Of a DNA stretch of 50,778 nt, positions 34,742 through 45,528 are shown piece by piece; the stretch's first letter is position 1, and every line of letters begins with the position of its first letter. The stretch comes from a virus (taxonomy: Duplodnaviria > Caudoviricetes): positions 1 through 50,778 of IMG/VR virus record IMGVR_UViG_3300036806_000033; one strand, given 5' to 3'. The notes beneath the pieces are model-generated. The model was not told where the DNA came from. It did not search any database and saw nothing but the letters and a program-made list of their open reading frames with translations. The position numbers were made by a program, and so were the translations under genes.

Positions 34742-35061
34742 TTTAATTCACCTTTTACATACTGTAAAGCTCGACTTATTCCTTCTTCATTGTCACCTAA
34801 CATTCCAAGACCTATGTTACAATTCTTACATAACAATCCACGAACTTTATCTGTTTCATGATCATGATCTATATGTAAATGTTTTTGATCCAAACTTAAA
34901 AAGAAAACACCACATATCGCACACTGACTATTCTGTTTATCTAAAAGATTATAAAATTCTTCTTTAGTTAAACTATATGTATTAAAAACAGTTTTCCATT
35001 TACGCTGTTCTTTATTTTTCAAATACCAATTTGCCAAATCTTTTTTATTTTTATAAGCCAT
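34738..35061 (-). CDS. Endonuclease VII-family His-Me homing endonuclease
   Basis: Q...CAIC...HIDHDH.T.KVRGLLC..CN..LG; AT-rich insert between virion genes. Confidence 0.92.
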   Translation of the reverse strand: MAYKNKKDLANWYLKNKEQRKWKTVFNTYSLTKEEFYNLLDKQNSQCAICGVFFLSLDQKHLHIDHDHETDKVRGLLCKNCNIGLGMLGDNEEGISRALQYVKGELN

Positions 35062-35064
35062 AGT

Positions 35065-38000
35065 TTACTTCTTCATATTTTTCATTATATCATTGTAGAT
35101 ATTGTTCATACGATATCTATCTTCAGGATCAACATTCTGTATCCAGTAATTCCAAAGTTCACGCTCAGGTAATGTTCTACCTGACAACGCAGCATTCCAT
35201 GCTTGTGAATACTTTTCTTCTGGATAACCAGCAATCTTTAAGGCAGCTTTAGCATTGTTAAAAAAGACATTAGCTTGTTGTGGATCTTTATTCTTAATAG
35301 CATCTTGAGCTCTATGAACATTTTTAATAAAGTCATTCAAACCATGTTTCTGTAATTCTTCTCGCTGATCCTTAAGTCTATTCAAACTTTGTGTATCAAT
35401 AATTTTTGGTTGAAGACCAGTCGCAGACATAAAAATAGCATCCATTACAGAAGTATTATTCTTTAATGGAGTTTCATTCTTTGACATCCACACACCAGTG
35501 TTTACTGCCATATCTGTACGCCAAAGATTGTTTACTTCTGCGAAGGATTTAAATGGTTGTATAAAATCAGCTGAAGTCATACCATATTGTTTATCTGGTC
35601 CTCTAAAGAAATTACCTACCCATTTCCAATAACCATCCATACCTTCCCAAGCTCCGCTCACAAGTGAACCTGAAGCTCCTGCATATGTTTCTAACACAGT
35701 TTTATCTTTAGCAAAGAAATCTCTAATAACATCTAGACCTGGATTACCATATCTTTCAGGTAAGTTATAAGTATTTCCTGTAACTAATTTTAAGAAAGCT
35801 GAAGGTAATCCTTCATTAACCAAAGATGCTACCGATAACTCATCTGGATTATACCCAGCCTTCTGAATAGAATCTTTCCAAGAGTCTCCAAAATAAGAAA
35901 CACCACTAATACCAGCAGCTACAGGTAATCCATAAGCAGCCCAATAAGTTCCAAACAATCTAATTTTCTGCGGAGGAGTCAAACGATGACCTAATGCAAG
36001 TTCAGTAAGACGCATAGAATAACCAAGGAACTGCGTGGGAAAAGACAACACACCTCTTTGTAAGCCAGACTTAGAAGCTAAAGTCATATTACCAGCAAGA
36101 TCATCAGCACGCTGAAGAACTTTAGCTCTGGCTAATTCATCAAATCTGCCTACAGGGTTTGCATCACGCCATTCTTTGAAAGACGTATACCACGCTCCGT
36201 AACGTCCCATACGTTCACCTTCTTTAAAGGGTAAGTCACCCATCTCAAGAAAGGAACGTCCGGCTGATCTAAATATACCGTCTGCTTTAGTGTACCCATA
36301 CATGGAATTAGTTTCGTTTGAAACATAATCAAATCCAGTTCCTTTAATAGCGTTGTTAGCTTCTAGGAATTCACCAGGTTTCCAACCAAATGCTTGAAGC
36401 TTACGATCCATTGTACGAAGAATAGCTGGATCTTTATTAAACCTAGACCAAGTATGCATCAAGGCAGCTGAACCGCCTTGTGCTGCTTTACCCCAACCAG
36501 CTACACCTGCTATAGTCACAAAAGTATTAGCTTGCACAAAGAACTGTGGAAGACTGAACATACCTAAACCAGCTTTAAAGGCCATATAACGTAAGAATGA
36601 AGGACCATCTTTAATTGCTGTCACACCCCATTTACCTATGGTAGCTGCAGCATATTTCTTATTCCAACCTCCTGCTCCATAGATGTCATCCATGAAACGA
36701 TCCTGCATCGCTGCAAGAGTAGTATCCCATACTGAAGGAGTACCATTAAACTGTTTAATCATCCAACGTTCTGCTTCTATCTGTGAAGCTTTAGTCTTGG
36801 CAACACCACTCTTAATCTTCGATTCCATAAAATGATAAAACGGTGCTGACATAAGATCAGGTTCACCAAGACCACTTACATCTAAATGTTCTAAATTACG
36901 TCTAATCCAATTCTCCATAGAAGAGATCTTAACATCATCCATAAACATCGAATTAGTTATGCGAGATAATGCACGATTCATACTCGTGATAGGATCCATC
37001 GGCTGTGCTGGATCATAGCTATATTGAGGATTATAACGAGTACCTTTATTATTCATCTCCATGACTTCATAGGCATCACGTTGTCCAGTAAACTCTATTT
37101 GAAACTGTCGTGCCGGAGATCCAAATCTAGTACCATCTCTAAAGTTAAAATCTTTATATTTCTGAGCCAAAGAATTATCCATGTCGATAATTCGCTTATC
37201 TTTAGGAACTACTCTAAAGTCTTCAGTTAGATTAAACCTAGGACGAATCTTTTCTCCTCCAGGTCCTCTCTTTTCTTCAAACCAACTCTTAAGTTCTTTC
37301 CAACTAATAGGTAATTGTTTAGCTGCTAATTCAGCTTCTGCATCTCTTTTATTTAATAAATGATTTCTTACTTCATTCATAATCTTAGAAAGATCTTCAC
37401 CCATCAATCGATTTTGAAGAAGCATAGCTGTCGCATCACCTTCATACCAATGGTAAGTAGTATCACCCACAGTATTCCTACGAATGTCTGCTTGCTTCAT
37501 ATACCAAGGATGTTCATATAAAAGATGAAAACCAGGAAGACGAGGTATCTGATCAAATGAAAGTGGACGTGTTTCTACATTCTTAGTTATAATATACTGA
37601 GGACGTTGAGTCTCAATACCACTAAATCCATTCAAAGGATCTTCATGAGTCCGCCAAATCTTAACTAACTTATACTGACCAGTTTGAAGTTTTGGTATAA
37701 TTTCATTACCAATAGCTGATCTCGCAAAAGTATCTGCCTTCTGAATCTTTAATTCTTCAGCATGTTCACCAGTATAAGCAATTACTGCATCACCAGGTAT
37801 ACTCAATCGTGCAGTAGATCTTTTTCCAGGACTTACTGCGACTGTATACGTTCTACCACTCTCTCCTGTAAACGTCCTAGTTTCAAAAGGAATGTTATGA
37901 GCAGTTGTTAAAGTACGTTCAACCCTAGAATCAACAGGAGCAGCAGGAAGTTCTCCAGCTGCACGTTGAGTAATTATCTCACCTTCAGGTTTAATAACTG

Positions 38001-40275
38001 CACCGACTATCCATTTAGAATAAGTCTTACCATCTAATCCAACAGTATAAAAACGATGTTCTTCATTACCAGCCCTAGCTGAATTCTTAATCTCCATCAA
38101 ATTACGAAAATTATAGTCAGCAGCCATACCGCGCTTAGCTGCAAAGTATCCATCATATTCAACAGGATCAGGAACACGTTTAAAGTTCTGCATATAATAT
38201 GCATAGACATCTTGAGGACTATCTAAAAACTTCCCAGGCTTACCAGTATCAAGATTCATCGAACGTTGAAGATCATCTAACATTCGTTGAAACTGAGAAC
38301 CTTTACCTAGATTTGCAAATACTTCTTGCGGACTTGCACCTCTAAGTCTAGCTTTAGCTGCTTGAACATCTGAAGATATATGCTTTTCTAATATTTCACG
38401 CATAGCTGCAGGACCATAGATAGCAATCTTACGATTCATATTCTCTAAAGAAGGCAATACTTCATCAGGAGTTCTTCCCCAACCTAAACCTAAACTGTTA
38501 AGAAGACCATGATTTCCAGCTTTAGATTCTTCTGTTTCAATCACACCATCTCGAATATAATGTTCAATTTCTTTAATAGGCCGAGAAACATAGGCATAAT
38601 ATTTACCACCGACGTTTCCTATTGATACACCACTCTCACCAGGCTTAACACCTTCAAGCTTCTGACCATCAATCATAACAACTCTAAGACCGTTATGTTC
38701 AACTGTATTAATAGCTTCTTCTTTATTGTTAAATAACTCTGCAGAATTACGACCAAAGACAGTATCTACGTCATAATTACCAGTTAACTTATTAGGTTTA
38801 GGTAAAGACATATCAATAACATTATCAGATAGACCCATCGATCTACCTTTAATCTCATCCCAAACTTTCTCTAAAACCTTACGATTAGCTAACACATTTC
38901 CAATACGTAACACTCGCTGCATAGCAAGTGTAGTATTCATAAACTCTCCGACAAAATTATCATGCTTCTCTACTAAACGATTAAATATCTCACGAGCAAG
39001 CTGAGGTTTAGTAGCTGCTAATTCATTAGCTTTCTTATATTCATCTAATTGAGTTTTTATTTGTTCAAGATTAGCAAGAGCTTCTGGATCCTTTATATCC
39101 TTACCAAATTCAAGAGTTTGCTCCATACCCTTAATTACTTCTTGAACACGTTCAGGAGTATTAGCAACAGCTAAATCTCTATCACCTTTCATCACACTCA
39201 TCATACCTTCCATCGCTGTACGCTCTGGAGTCATACGTGTGGCTTCTTGATCAACAATGCGGTTAACAGTCTGTTGTAAAGCTGCATCAACAATACGTCC
39301 TGAAGCCTCAGGAACAGATACTGAAGGTGGAACTATGTCACCTTTAGCCATTTCATCAGTAATATTATCAACTAAACCTTTAATAGCTGAACGTCTAACA
39401 GCCACCTTAGATAATCCTTTACCTAATATGGCAGCTGATTTAACATCTAAAGCACTTAAAACAGTCCAAGCATTATTAATGAATCTATCTGAAAGAGACT
39501 GACCATACATAGCCTGTGCCCAAGCAACAGCCATAGATGGATTATCTTGTTTAAGTTGCTTAAGTTTAGTTTGGTATGCAGAAGCAAACTGATCATCATC
39601 AGGAAGATCCCAAAGACCTATACGTTGCTTCTCTAACTGTTCTCCAAGAAGACCGCCTTCAAAAGCTCCAACTCCAGGGACATTACCTCTAAGTTTAACT
39701 TCTGGATAAATCTGAGTAAAAGACTTAAGTTGATCTAACCCCCAACCAAAATATGATTGAGCTTTATAAGTAGATTGCGCATCAATTAGTCCATTTAAAA
39801 GAATCTGACGACGAGCTAATATACTTTTACCTGTTCCTAAATCATCTGCCATTCCGACAGGATCTTCTTTAGCTGCATCTCTAAGTTCAGTAGAAGCTTC
39901 ATCTACAGAATTATCTGTATAATCTACTAGACTATTAACAGCTTTATCTGCGTATTTACGTTCAACTACATCTACCGGATTCTTAGCAGCAAGCATTGAA
40001 GATAAAGTATTCGCATTAACTGAATAAGGATTACGTCTTAGAACCGAAGCAATATCATCTGTCTGAGTCTTAGTCTCTTCTGCAGCAAGACTACCTCTTA
40101 AATCATCTTCATAACCACCAGTTAAAGAATTATAAACATCAGCATAAGGTTTATCAAACGACCAAGATATTCTACCAGCAAGTGGACTAGCTACGTCAGG
40201 AGACATAGGCATCTTAGCCGATGACAATGTCAACGCTGGGGTGTCTTCAAAAGTTTGATCGAGAGGTGCGTACAT
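35065..40275 (-). CDS. Large internal virion (ejection) protein
   Basis: 1736 aa, largest ORF, downstream of the tail genes as for T7 gp16 analogues. Confidence 0.8.
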   Translation of the reverse strand: MYAPLDQTFEDTPALTLSSAKMPMSPDVASPLAGRISWSFDKPYADVYNSLTGGYEDDLRGSLAAEETKTQTDDIASVLRRNPYSVNANTLSSMLAAKNPVDVVERKYADKAVNSLVDYTDNSVDEASTELRDAAKEDPVGMADDLGTGKSILARRQILLNGLIDAQSTYKAQSYFGWGLDQLKSFTQIYPEVKLRGNVPGVGAFEGGLLGEQLEKQRIGLWDLPDDDQFASAYQTKLKQLKQDNPSMAVAWAQAMYGQSLSDRFINNAWTVLSALDVKSAAILGKGLSKVAVRRSAIKGLVDNITDEMAKGDIVPPSVSVPEASGRIVDAALQQTVNRIVDQEATRMTPERTAMEGMMSVMKGDRDLAVANTPERVQEVIKGMEQTLEFGKDIKDPEALANLEQIKTQLDEYKKANELAATKPQLAREIFNRLVEKHDNFVGEFMNTTLAMQRVLRIGNVLANRKVLEKVWDEIKGRSMGLSDNVIDMSLPKPNKLTGNYDVDTVFGRNSAELFNNKEEAINTVEHNGLRVVMIDGQKLEGVKPGESGVSIGNVGGKYYAYVSRPIKEIEHYIRDGVIETEESKAGNHGLLNSLGLGWGRTPDEVLPSLENMNRKIAIYGPAAMREILEKHISSDVQAAKARLRGASPQEVFANLGKGSQFQRMLDDLQRSMNLDTGKPGKFLDSPQDVYAYYMQNFKRVPDPVEYDGYFAAKRGMAADYNFRNLMEIKNSARAGNEEHRFYTVGLDGKTYSKWIVGAVIKPEGEIITQRAAGELPAAPVDSRVERTLTTAHNIPFETRTFTGESGRTYTVAVSPGKRSTARLSIPGDAVIAYTGEHAEELKIQKADTFARSAIGNEIIPKLQTGQYKLVKIWRTHEDPLNGFSGIETQRPQYIITKNVETRPLSFDQIPRLPGFHLLYEHPWYMKQADIRRNTVGDTTYHWYEGDATAMLLQNRLMGEDLSKIMNEVRNHLLNKRDAEAELAAKQLPISWKELKSWFEEKRGPGGEKIRPRFNLTEDFRVVPKDKRIIDMDNSLAQKYKDFNFRDGTRFGSPARQFQIEFTGQRDAYEVMEMNNKGTRYNPQYSYDPAQPMDPITSMNRALSRITNSMFMDDVKISSMENWIRRNLEHLDVSGLGEPDLMSAPFYHFMESKIKSGVAKTKASQIEAERWMIKQFNGTPSVWDTTLAAMQDRFMDDIYGAGGWNKKYAAATIGKWGVTAIKDGPSFLRYMAFKAGLGMFSLPQFFVQANTFVTIAGVAGWGKAAQGGSAALMHTWSRFNKDPAILRTMDRKLQAFGWKPGEFLEANNAIKGTGFDYVSNETNSMYGYTKADGIFRSAGRSFLEMGDLPFKEGERMGRYGAWYTSFKEWRDANPVGRFDELARAKVLQRADDLAGNMTLASKSGLQRGVLSFPTQFLGYSMRLTELALGHRLTPPQKIRLFGTYWAAYGLPVAAGISGVSYFGDSWKDSIQKAGYNPDELSVASLVNEGLPSAFLKLVTGNTYNLPERYGNPGLDVIRDFFAKDKTVLETYAGASGSLVSGAWEGMDGYWKWVGNFFRGPDKQYGMTSADFIQPFKSFAEVNNLWRTDMAVNTGVWMSKNETPLKNNTSVMDAIFMSATGLQPKIIDTQSLNRLKDQREELQKHGLNDFIKNVHRAQDAIKNKDPQQANVFFNNAKAALKIAGYPEEKYSQAWNAALSGRTLPERELWNYWIQNVDPEDRYRMNNIYNDIMKNMKK

Positions 40276-40814
40276 TAATAACCAGGTGCTCCTGGGTTAT
40301 ATTTAGATGGAGTACCATAAGAGACTAAACCTTGTCCTAATGAGAAGGCTCCAGAACTCATAGAACTAATACCACCAGCTGTAGCTGCTTGACCTTGATA
40401 CTTAGACAAAGCCAACTGTTGATTAGTAATATCTTGATTATATGTAGAAATAGTCTCACCAATCTTAAGATTTTGATTAATACCTAACAAGTTAGTTCCT
40501 GCTCTACCTTGGATCTGACCGTATCCACCTTGGAGACCACTACCAAACTGAGCACCTTGTCCCGTGGCTGAAGTTAATGCCAAAGATCTAGCACTCTGAG
40601 CATTCCGAATAACCTCAGTCTGTGCACGTCTAGCATTCAACTTCATCTGAATAAGATTCTGTTCATTAATAGCTTGCTGGTCTTTAGCTATGTTTTGATT
40701 AGCTTGGCTGATACCTTGCTGAGCTTGATAACCCATATATGCACCAACACCTTGACCAATTAAACCTCCAGCTTCTAATCCTAACCCAGCAGGGCTTGCC
40801 ATATCCGTAAACAT
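40275..40814 (-). CDS. Small internal virion protein (gp14-like)
   Basis: G/A/Q-rich with hydrophobic Gly-rich ends; follows the nozzle gene. Confidence 0.75.
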   Translation of the reverse strand: MFTDMASPAGLGLEAGGLIGQGVGAYMGYQAQQGISQANQNIAKDQQAINEQNLIQMKLNARRAQTEVIRNAQSARSLALTSATGQGAQFGSGLQGGYGQIQGRAGTNLLGINQNLKIGETISTYNQDITNQQLALSKYQGQAATAGGISSMSSGAFSLGQGLVSYGTPSKYNPGAPGY

Positions 40815-43168
40815 TATATTCCTACGTTGATATTCTCATAAAGAGCCCAACCACTAAAATCAAATGGTTGTCCATCTTCTGAAGTTATTTTAAGTTGTAA
40901 AGCGTTACCGCGTCCTCTGATTCGAACTCTGTTAAACATCTTATCGTAATTGCTATCTATCAAAGTAAAGATCTGAGTATTAGTCCATTTACCTGAATTA
41001 CCAGTAGCAGAATAGTTCCAAAGGCCATTGATCTTGTAAGAGCCATCATTTGAATTCAGGAACATATAGACATACGGCACTTGGAACTTCATAGCAGCTT
41101 TGCCATGTAGCATGTACCCAGTCGTGAATGTAGAAACAAAGTTTACTGGTGTGCCGCTGGCAAAGTCTGTAAAGGTAGAAAAATCGTTCTCTTCTGCAAA
41201 TGTAACATTAGTACCAGAAGAAACGATATATTTTACGGTAGGGTCAGGAGCTCCAGAGGAACCAGGGCTAGAGACATAGATAACGTCATGAATACGAGTG
41301 TTGCCGGAAAAAGAATAAACATAGAAAGCCTTATTAGCTGCATTGTGAACCAATGCTTTATCATATTGATATCTATCTGTTATAGAAGATTCAGGTGTAC
41401 TGCGAAATAACCATGTCGTCGTATATTCTAAGGGATTGTAGGCTCCCCGAGCGAATTTCTTCGATGCCAAGGGTATAGAGTTATAATAGGATGCGATCGT
41501 CCCGATAACGAGATTGTTGACTTCCAAACCTCCTCCTTGCTGACTGGGAGTGACGGTGTAAATTCCCTCCTCGTTCCAAAAGATCGGCCACCCCAAGACG
41601 TCGACAAAAGATGTCGAGGAGTCGCAGCGTACGCCGGATATCTTCGTGACAGTATAGTCATTCGCAATAAATCCTATTCCTGTAGATCCTGTAATAAACC
41701 AAATACCATTAGCCGCAAATACAAGCATTCCATTCTGTACTGGAAATAGTTTATAAATCTGACCTGATCCTTGAATATAAATCACTCCACCGTCATCTGG
41801 AAGCTCATCAAAAAAGTCTGGACCAGTAGGATCATTTTGTTGATAACAATATCCTACTTGATTAACATTCGTTATAATACGTGAGAAATAAATATTCTCT
41901 GTCCAAGTATAAAATGGAGCATCTCCAACAGCTTGTTGTGAAGCATTTATACCCGTATACCAAACTCTACCTTGAAACCACGCTCCATTAGTAGGACGTG
42001 CTAAGGTAATTACATCAGTTAAACCTAAAACACTTGAAACAGTAGATCTAGTCTGATTAAATGCATTTAAAATAATTGAACCTTGTGGTGCTTGATTATT
42101 ATTTAAAACAACATAATCTGTTGTTAAAGACGGTTTAAAAGTACCATCAGGAGTAGCAGCAGTTACATTAGTTGATCTATATTGCCACCATTGTTCTGCA
42201 TTAGACGGATACGCATTTAAATTAAAAGCTGCAACAGCCGTATCTCCTCCAAGACCAACTTTAGCCTTAGTAAAAAAAGTATCTATATAATTAGGAATAG
42301 GTGTAATAGTCCAAGCATTAACTGTTTGACCTACACCAAAACTAGAAGTTTGAGCTATAGTTAACACATTACCTACATAGGAAGTAACAGTACCTTTAAT
42401 AAAAATAGAAGGATTGGTAGGCCAAAAAGCATTAATTACCTGTCCTACAATAATAGATAAACTACTTGAAGCAACTGTAAAAACAACAGTTGGCGTACCA
42501 CTTGCAATAACTATACTTGTTGTAGATGAAGTAGACCAGTCTGATCCCCAACCTTGGTTAAGTAAATTATATTGATGCTCTGGAGTAAGTGTTGAAGGTC
42601 TAAAATTAAATGCGACACCAGGTTCAGGTATACCGGCAAAGTCTCTCTGCTGTACAGTAATTGCTGTGGCAGTCATAGTAGAGACACCATTATATAAAAC
42701 ATAAAATGGTTCACAGACTGGATTATAGACAAATAAATAGCCGTTCCCCGCAGCGTATGTACATTCATACTGCGATGGATCGGCTGCACTTCCTGAGACA
42801 AGGAAGGTAGATATAGAGATTGTAGAAGCTAACTTCTGGGTAGAGAGAGGAGAAGCAACACTAGCAGCGCTAGACTTATAAAAATATAGATTAGATCCAA
42901 TTTGTTGCACTACCATCTGGGTTGAACCGTCTCCGCCTACATTCTCCCACTTAAAGGATGATTTAGCCGCAGCGGAGACTCCGATAGCATTGAGTTGAAA
43001 ATTACCTTCGTAATTAATGCCACCACGGCGAGTGACGTCCCCAATGACGGAGTAAATACAATTGTCAGTGTCTGTGACAGCATTCTCTGGAAAATTAAGT
43101 CCAGTGAACTCGGTCTTTAAACCACCTATAAAACTATTCTGTACTTGTAAGTTATTATTCTGAGGCAA
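40814..43168 (-). CDS. Tail tubular protein B / nozzle
   Basis: 784 aa; F.GGL.TE...N.....G...RR.G N-terminus and RIRGRG.ALQL.I.S C-terminus. Confidence 0.88.
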   Translation of the reverse strand: MPQNNNLQVQNSFIGGLKTEFTGLNFPENAVTDTDNCIYSVIGDVTRRGGINYEGNFQLNAIGVSAAAKSSFKWENVGGDGSTQMVVQQIGSNLYFYKSSAASVASPLSTQKLASTISISTFLVSGSAADPSQYECTYAAGNGYLFVYNPVCEPFYVLYNGVSTMTATAITVQQRDFAGIPEPGVAFNFRPSTLTPEHQYNLLNQGWGSDWSTSSTTSIVIASGTPTVVFTVASSSLSIIVGQVINAFWPTNPSIFIKGTVTSYVGNVLTIAQTSSFGVGQTVNAWTITPIPNYIDTFFTKAKVGLGGDTAVAAFNLNAYPSNAEQWWQYRSTNVTAATPDGTFKPSLTTDYVVLNNNQAPQGSIILNAFNQTRSTVSSVLGLTDVITLARPTNGAWFQGRVWYTGINASQQAVGDAPFYTWTENIYFSRIITNVNQVGYCYQQNDPTGPDFFDELPDDGGVIYIQGSGQIYKLFPVQNGMLVFAANGIWFITGSTGIGFIANDYTVTKISGVRCDSSTSFVDVLGWPIFWNEEGIYTVTPSQQGGGLEVNNLVIGTIASYYNSIPLASKKFARGAYNPLEYTTTWLFRSTPESSITDRYQYDKALVHNAANKAFYVYSFSGNTRIHDVIYVSSPGSSGAPDPTVKYIVSSGTNVTFAEENDFSTFTDFASGTPVNFVSTFTTGYMLHGKAAMKFQVPYVYMFLNSNDGSYKINGLWNYSATGNSGKWTNTQIFTLIDSNYDKMFNRVRIRGRGNALQLKITSEDGQPFDFSGWALYENINVGI

Positions 43169-43171
43169 TGA

Positions 43172-43489
43172 TTATTCTTCAATACGGGTTATAGAGAGGT
43201 TCCTCTGCTTATAATAATCCTCAACATCTGTGACACAGCGACTAAAGTGTGTCCAACGTTGGTTTAAAGCAGGAGGAATAGCTCCCATCTCGTATTTAAG
43301 ATACCACAGACCTTCTCCATCGCGTTGAGCATGGAGCCTGTTTCCACCTTTAAAGAGGCGGGGGTCGGCTAGACCAAGTGAGTTTTTAGGAGCTTGTTCG
43401 TCAATAAGTTGAAATGTAATTATACGATCTTCGCTACGGTTGGTCTTGATATGGTCATCAGTCGTAGAGTTATGAAATAGTGAAGCCAT
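43172..43489 (-). CDS. Hypothetical late protein
   Basis: 105 aa; G.IP..L...WT.F motif. Confidence 0.7.
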   Translation of the reverse strand: MASLFHNSTTDDHIKTNRSEDRIITFQLIDEQAPKNSLGLADPRLFKGGNRLHAQRDGEGLWYLKYEMGAIPPALNQRWTHFSRCVTDVEDYYKQRNLSITRIEE

Positions 43490-43725
43490 TATCTATCCGG
43501 TTTTGGAACTAGAGTAAGAGCAGGTTTACCCAAGTCCTTGCTTAATTTTTTCCAACTTTGATCAATCATGGCATCCATATAAGGATCAGATATCTGCTTA
43601 CTTTCTCGATTATCATTAGCCGCTTTAGGCGTATTCATAGCTAATTGAGTACCTTTATGTTCATATTCAGCTTCTCCAGGTCCTGGAGCAGGATGTGGAA
43701 GTTCTTCATGGTTTTCTGTTTGCAT
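43489..43725 (-). CDS. Small disordered late protein (78 aa)
   Basis: AAGGA RBS before MQTENHEELPHPAPGP; contains AANDN. Confidence 0.7.
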   Translation of the reverse strand: MQTENHEELPHPAPGPGEAEYEHKGTQLAMNTPKAANDNRESKQISDPYMDAMIDQSWKKLSKDLGKPALTLVPKPDR

Positions 43726-43726
43726 T

Positions 43727-44491
43727 TTATTTCCTTCCGAAATGAGGTAAAGCATCAAAGTAAGTAGGAGCGTTAAACAGTCCTTTGTTCTTCTGAACTG
43801 AAGACCACTGTCGTTTAGTTTCCTGGTCAATCTTAGGATTAACAGTTTGCTTAAGAGTTACAAATGCATTAGACTTGGCTTCTGCAAGCAACAATGCAAA
43901 ATTTGCATCATCAATATCTGGAACAAAAGTATCCGTCATGGTAAATGGCACCATGATCTGTGCAGATACCATAGAATTACTTGTTTGTAAGGTAGACTCT
44001 ATAGCTGAATTATACATATCAAACAGAATGTAATAATTCTCTAAGATTGCACATGTCTGTGGTTGCTTATCATTAAAGAACCTTAAGTTGAAATTATAAG
44101 GAGGTTCATTAAATGTCCAACTACCAACATTAGAATCATTCGGATTCATCTGATTTATTGTAGATAAGAACTGTTCTAATGGAACTATCCGAACATATTC
44201 AAACTCTAATACAGCTAGACTAGGATCAGCATTGTAATATTTAATCCAATCTATCTGATTAGTTCCAGCTGGAGCATACATCAAGACAGGTTTAAGAGAA
44301 TCTCCTGATGCATTCAATTGAATAAGACGATGGTGTTCAGGTAAAGAAGACCTAGAGACAATATCATTATACTTAGTCTTTACAATATTAGCTATTTGTA
44401 AAGACTCAGTAGTATCTGAGATAGAGTTTACTTCATCCGAATCTAAATCAGATAAAATATTCTGAACTATCTCTAATAGAGTCATACTCAT
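43727..44491 (-). CDS. Tail tubular protein A / adaptor
   Basis: MTLLEIVQNILSDLDSDEVNSISDT.ES.QIA N-terminus; LLLAEAKS.AF..LKQ. Confidence 0.88.
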   Translation of the reverse strand: MSMTLLEIVQNILSDLDSDEVNSISDTTESLQIANIVKTKYNDIVSRSSLPEHHRLIQLNASGDSLKPVLMYAPAGTNQIDWIKYYNADPSLAVLEFEYVRIVPLEQFLSTINQMNPNDSNVGSWTFNEPPYNFNLRFFNDKQPQTCAILENYYILFDMYNSAIESTLQTSNSMVSAQIMVPFTMTDTFVPDIDDANFALLLAEAKSNAFVTLKQTVNPKIDQETKRQWSSVQKNKGLFNAPTYFDALPHFGRK

Positions 44492-44668
44492 TTAAGGACC
44501 ACTGTGCCAATCAAATCCAGGTCCTTGATCAGTTTGTTTAACAGTATTCACAATCTGAGCATGAGCCTGTGGATTAATTTCAGAAATGAATTTCAGTATT
44601 GCCGGAAGATTCCTAAGAACATACGGCAATACTGTTTCAATAATGAAGGCTATTAATGCTGGACTCAT
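44492..44668 (-). CDS. Small lysis-module protein (58 aa)
   Basis: MSPALIAFIIETVLPYVLRNLPAILKFI...; ATGA coupling to the lysin. Confidence 0.6.
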   Translation of the reverse strand: MSPALIAFIIETVLPYVLRNLPAILKFISEINPQAHAQIVNTVKQTDQGPGFDWHSGP

Positions 44669-45528
44669 TTAGTTAATTCAGCAATAGCACCAGACTTCTG
44701 GACTTCTGCTGGAGTAGAATGCACGTCAGAGTCTTTAGCGAACATCAAGCCGATAGCAGCAAGAACTGCAGGGATTACAGTTGAAAGGTGAGACCAATCA
44801 AGAGTCCCGGTTGAAGTAAACATAGTACCAATAGCAGCAAGAATTGCGGCAATACCAGCAGTTGTAGTTTTCCAATTGAACATTTTATTATCCTTTGTAG
44901 TGGGAATTGTAGTGGGAGTAATTTTTATAATAGGCGTTCCAAACTTAATAGTTGGATCTAACTGCATCATAATTTTTATGATAGGAGCACAGCCTGGTTG
45001 CACATCAATTGTAGTAGAACTGAAGACTCCATCGGCAACGTATTTACCTGTAGTGTATTGATCAGAACCTGACCAAACATAAGGACTTGGTATACCTTTA
45101 TTATAATAACCAAGACCGTTATATTCTTCTAACAGAGTTAAAGCTCCGCCAGGAGACCAATCCTTCCATTTAGAAGCATGAGGAGCACAATCAATTAATG
45201 CATCTAAAGCGCCACGATAAAAAGCATCGTGACCAGGAGGATCATTAGGATGATTAAGAAAGGGTCCGCGCCCTTTTGGAACATGAGTAGAAACTTGAGA
45301 GAGAGGATCACCTTGAGCTAATTGCCTAGAGAAATTCTGAGAAGCTTCACGTTCATGAATAACAGCAATAATAAACCAGGGAACTCCTGTTGTTGCTTCA
45401 ATATATTGATAGCGTTCTTTAGCCATAGGATTAATCAATCTTTTAGCAACATTAGCTAAACCATCGACACGAGATGCATGAATATGCATATTATCCCAAC
45501 GTTGTTGATTCTTTTGAATTAAAGACAT
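44665..45528 (-). CDS. Lysozyme-family endolysin fused in frame to a two-TM holin-like domain
   Basis: RY..I...TGVPW..IAVIHERE, E.YNGLGY, SPY.WSG, GKYVADG; C-terminal NWKTT.AG...GL.FAKD. Confidence 0.85.
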   Translation of the reverse strand: MSLIQKNQQRWDNMHIHASRVDGLANVAKRLINPMAKERYQYIEATTGVPWFIIAVIHEREASQNFSRQLAQGDPLSQVSTHVPKGRGPFLNHPNDPPGHDAFYRGALDALIDCAPHASKWKDWSPGGALTLLEEYNGLGYYNKGIPSPYVWSGSDQYTTGKYVADGVFSSTTIDVQPGCAPIIKIMMQLDPTIKFGTPIIKITPTTIPTTKDNKMFNWKTTTAGIAAILAAIGTMFTSTGTLDWSHLSTVIPAVLAAIGLMFAKDSDVHSTPAEVQKSGAIAELTK

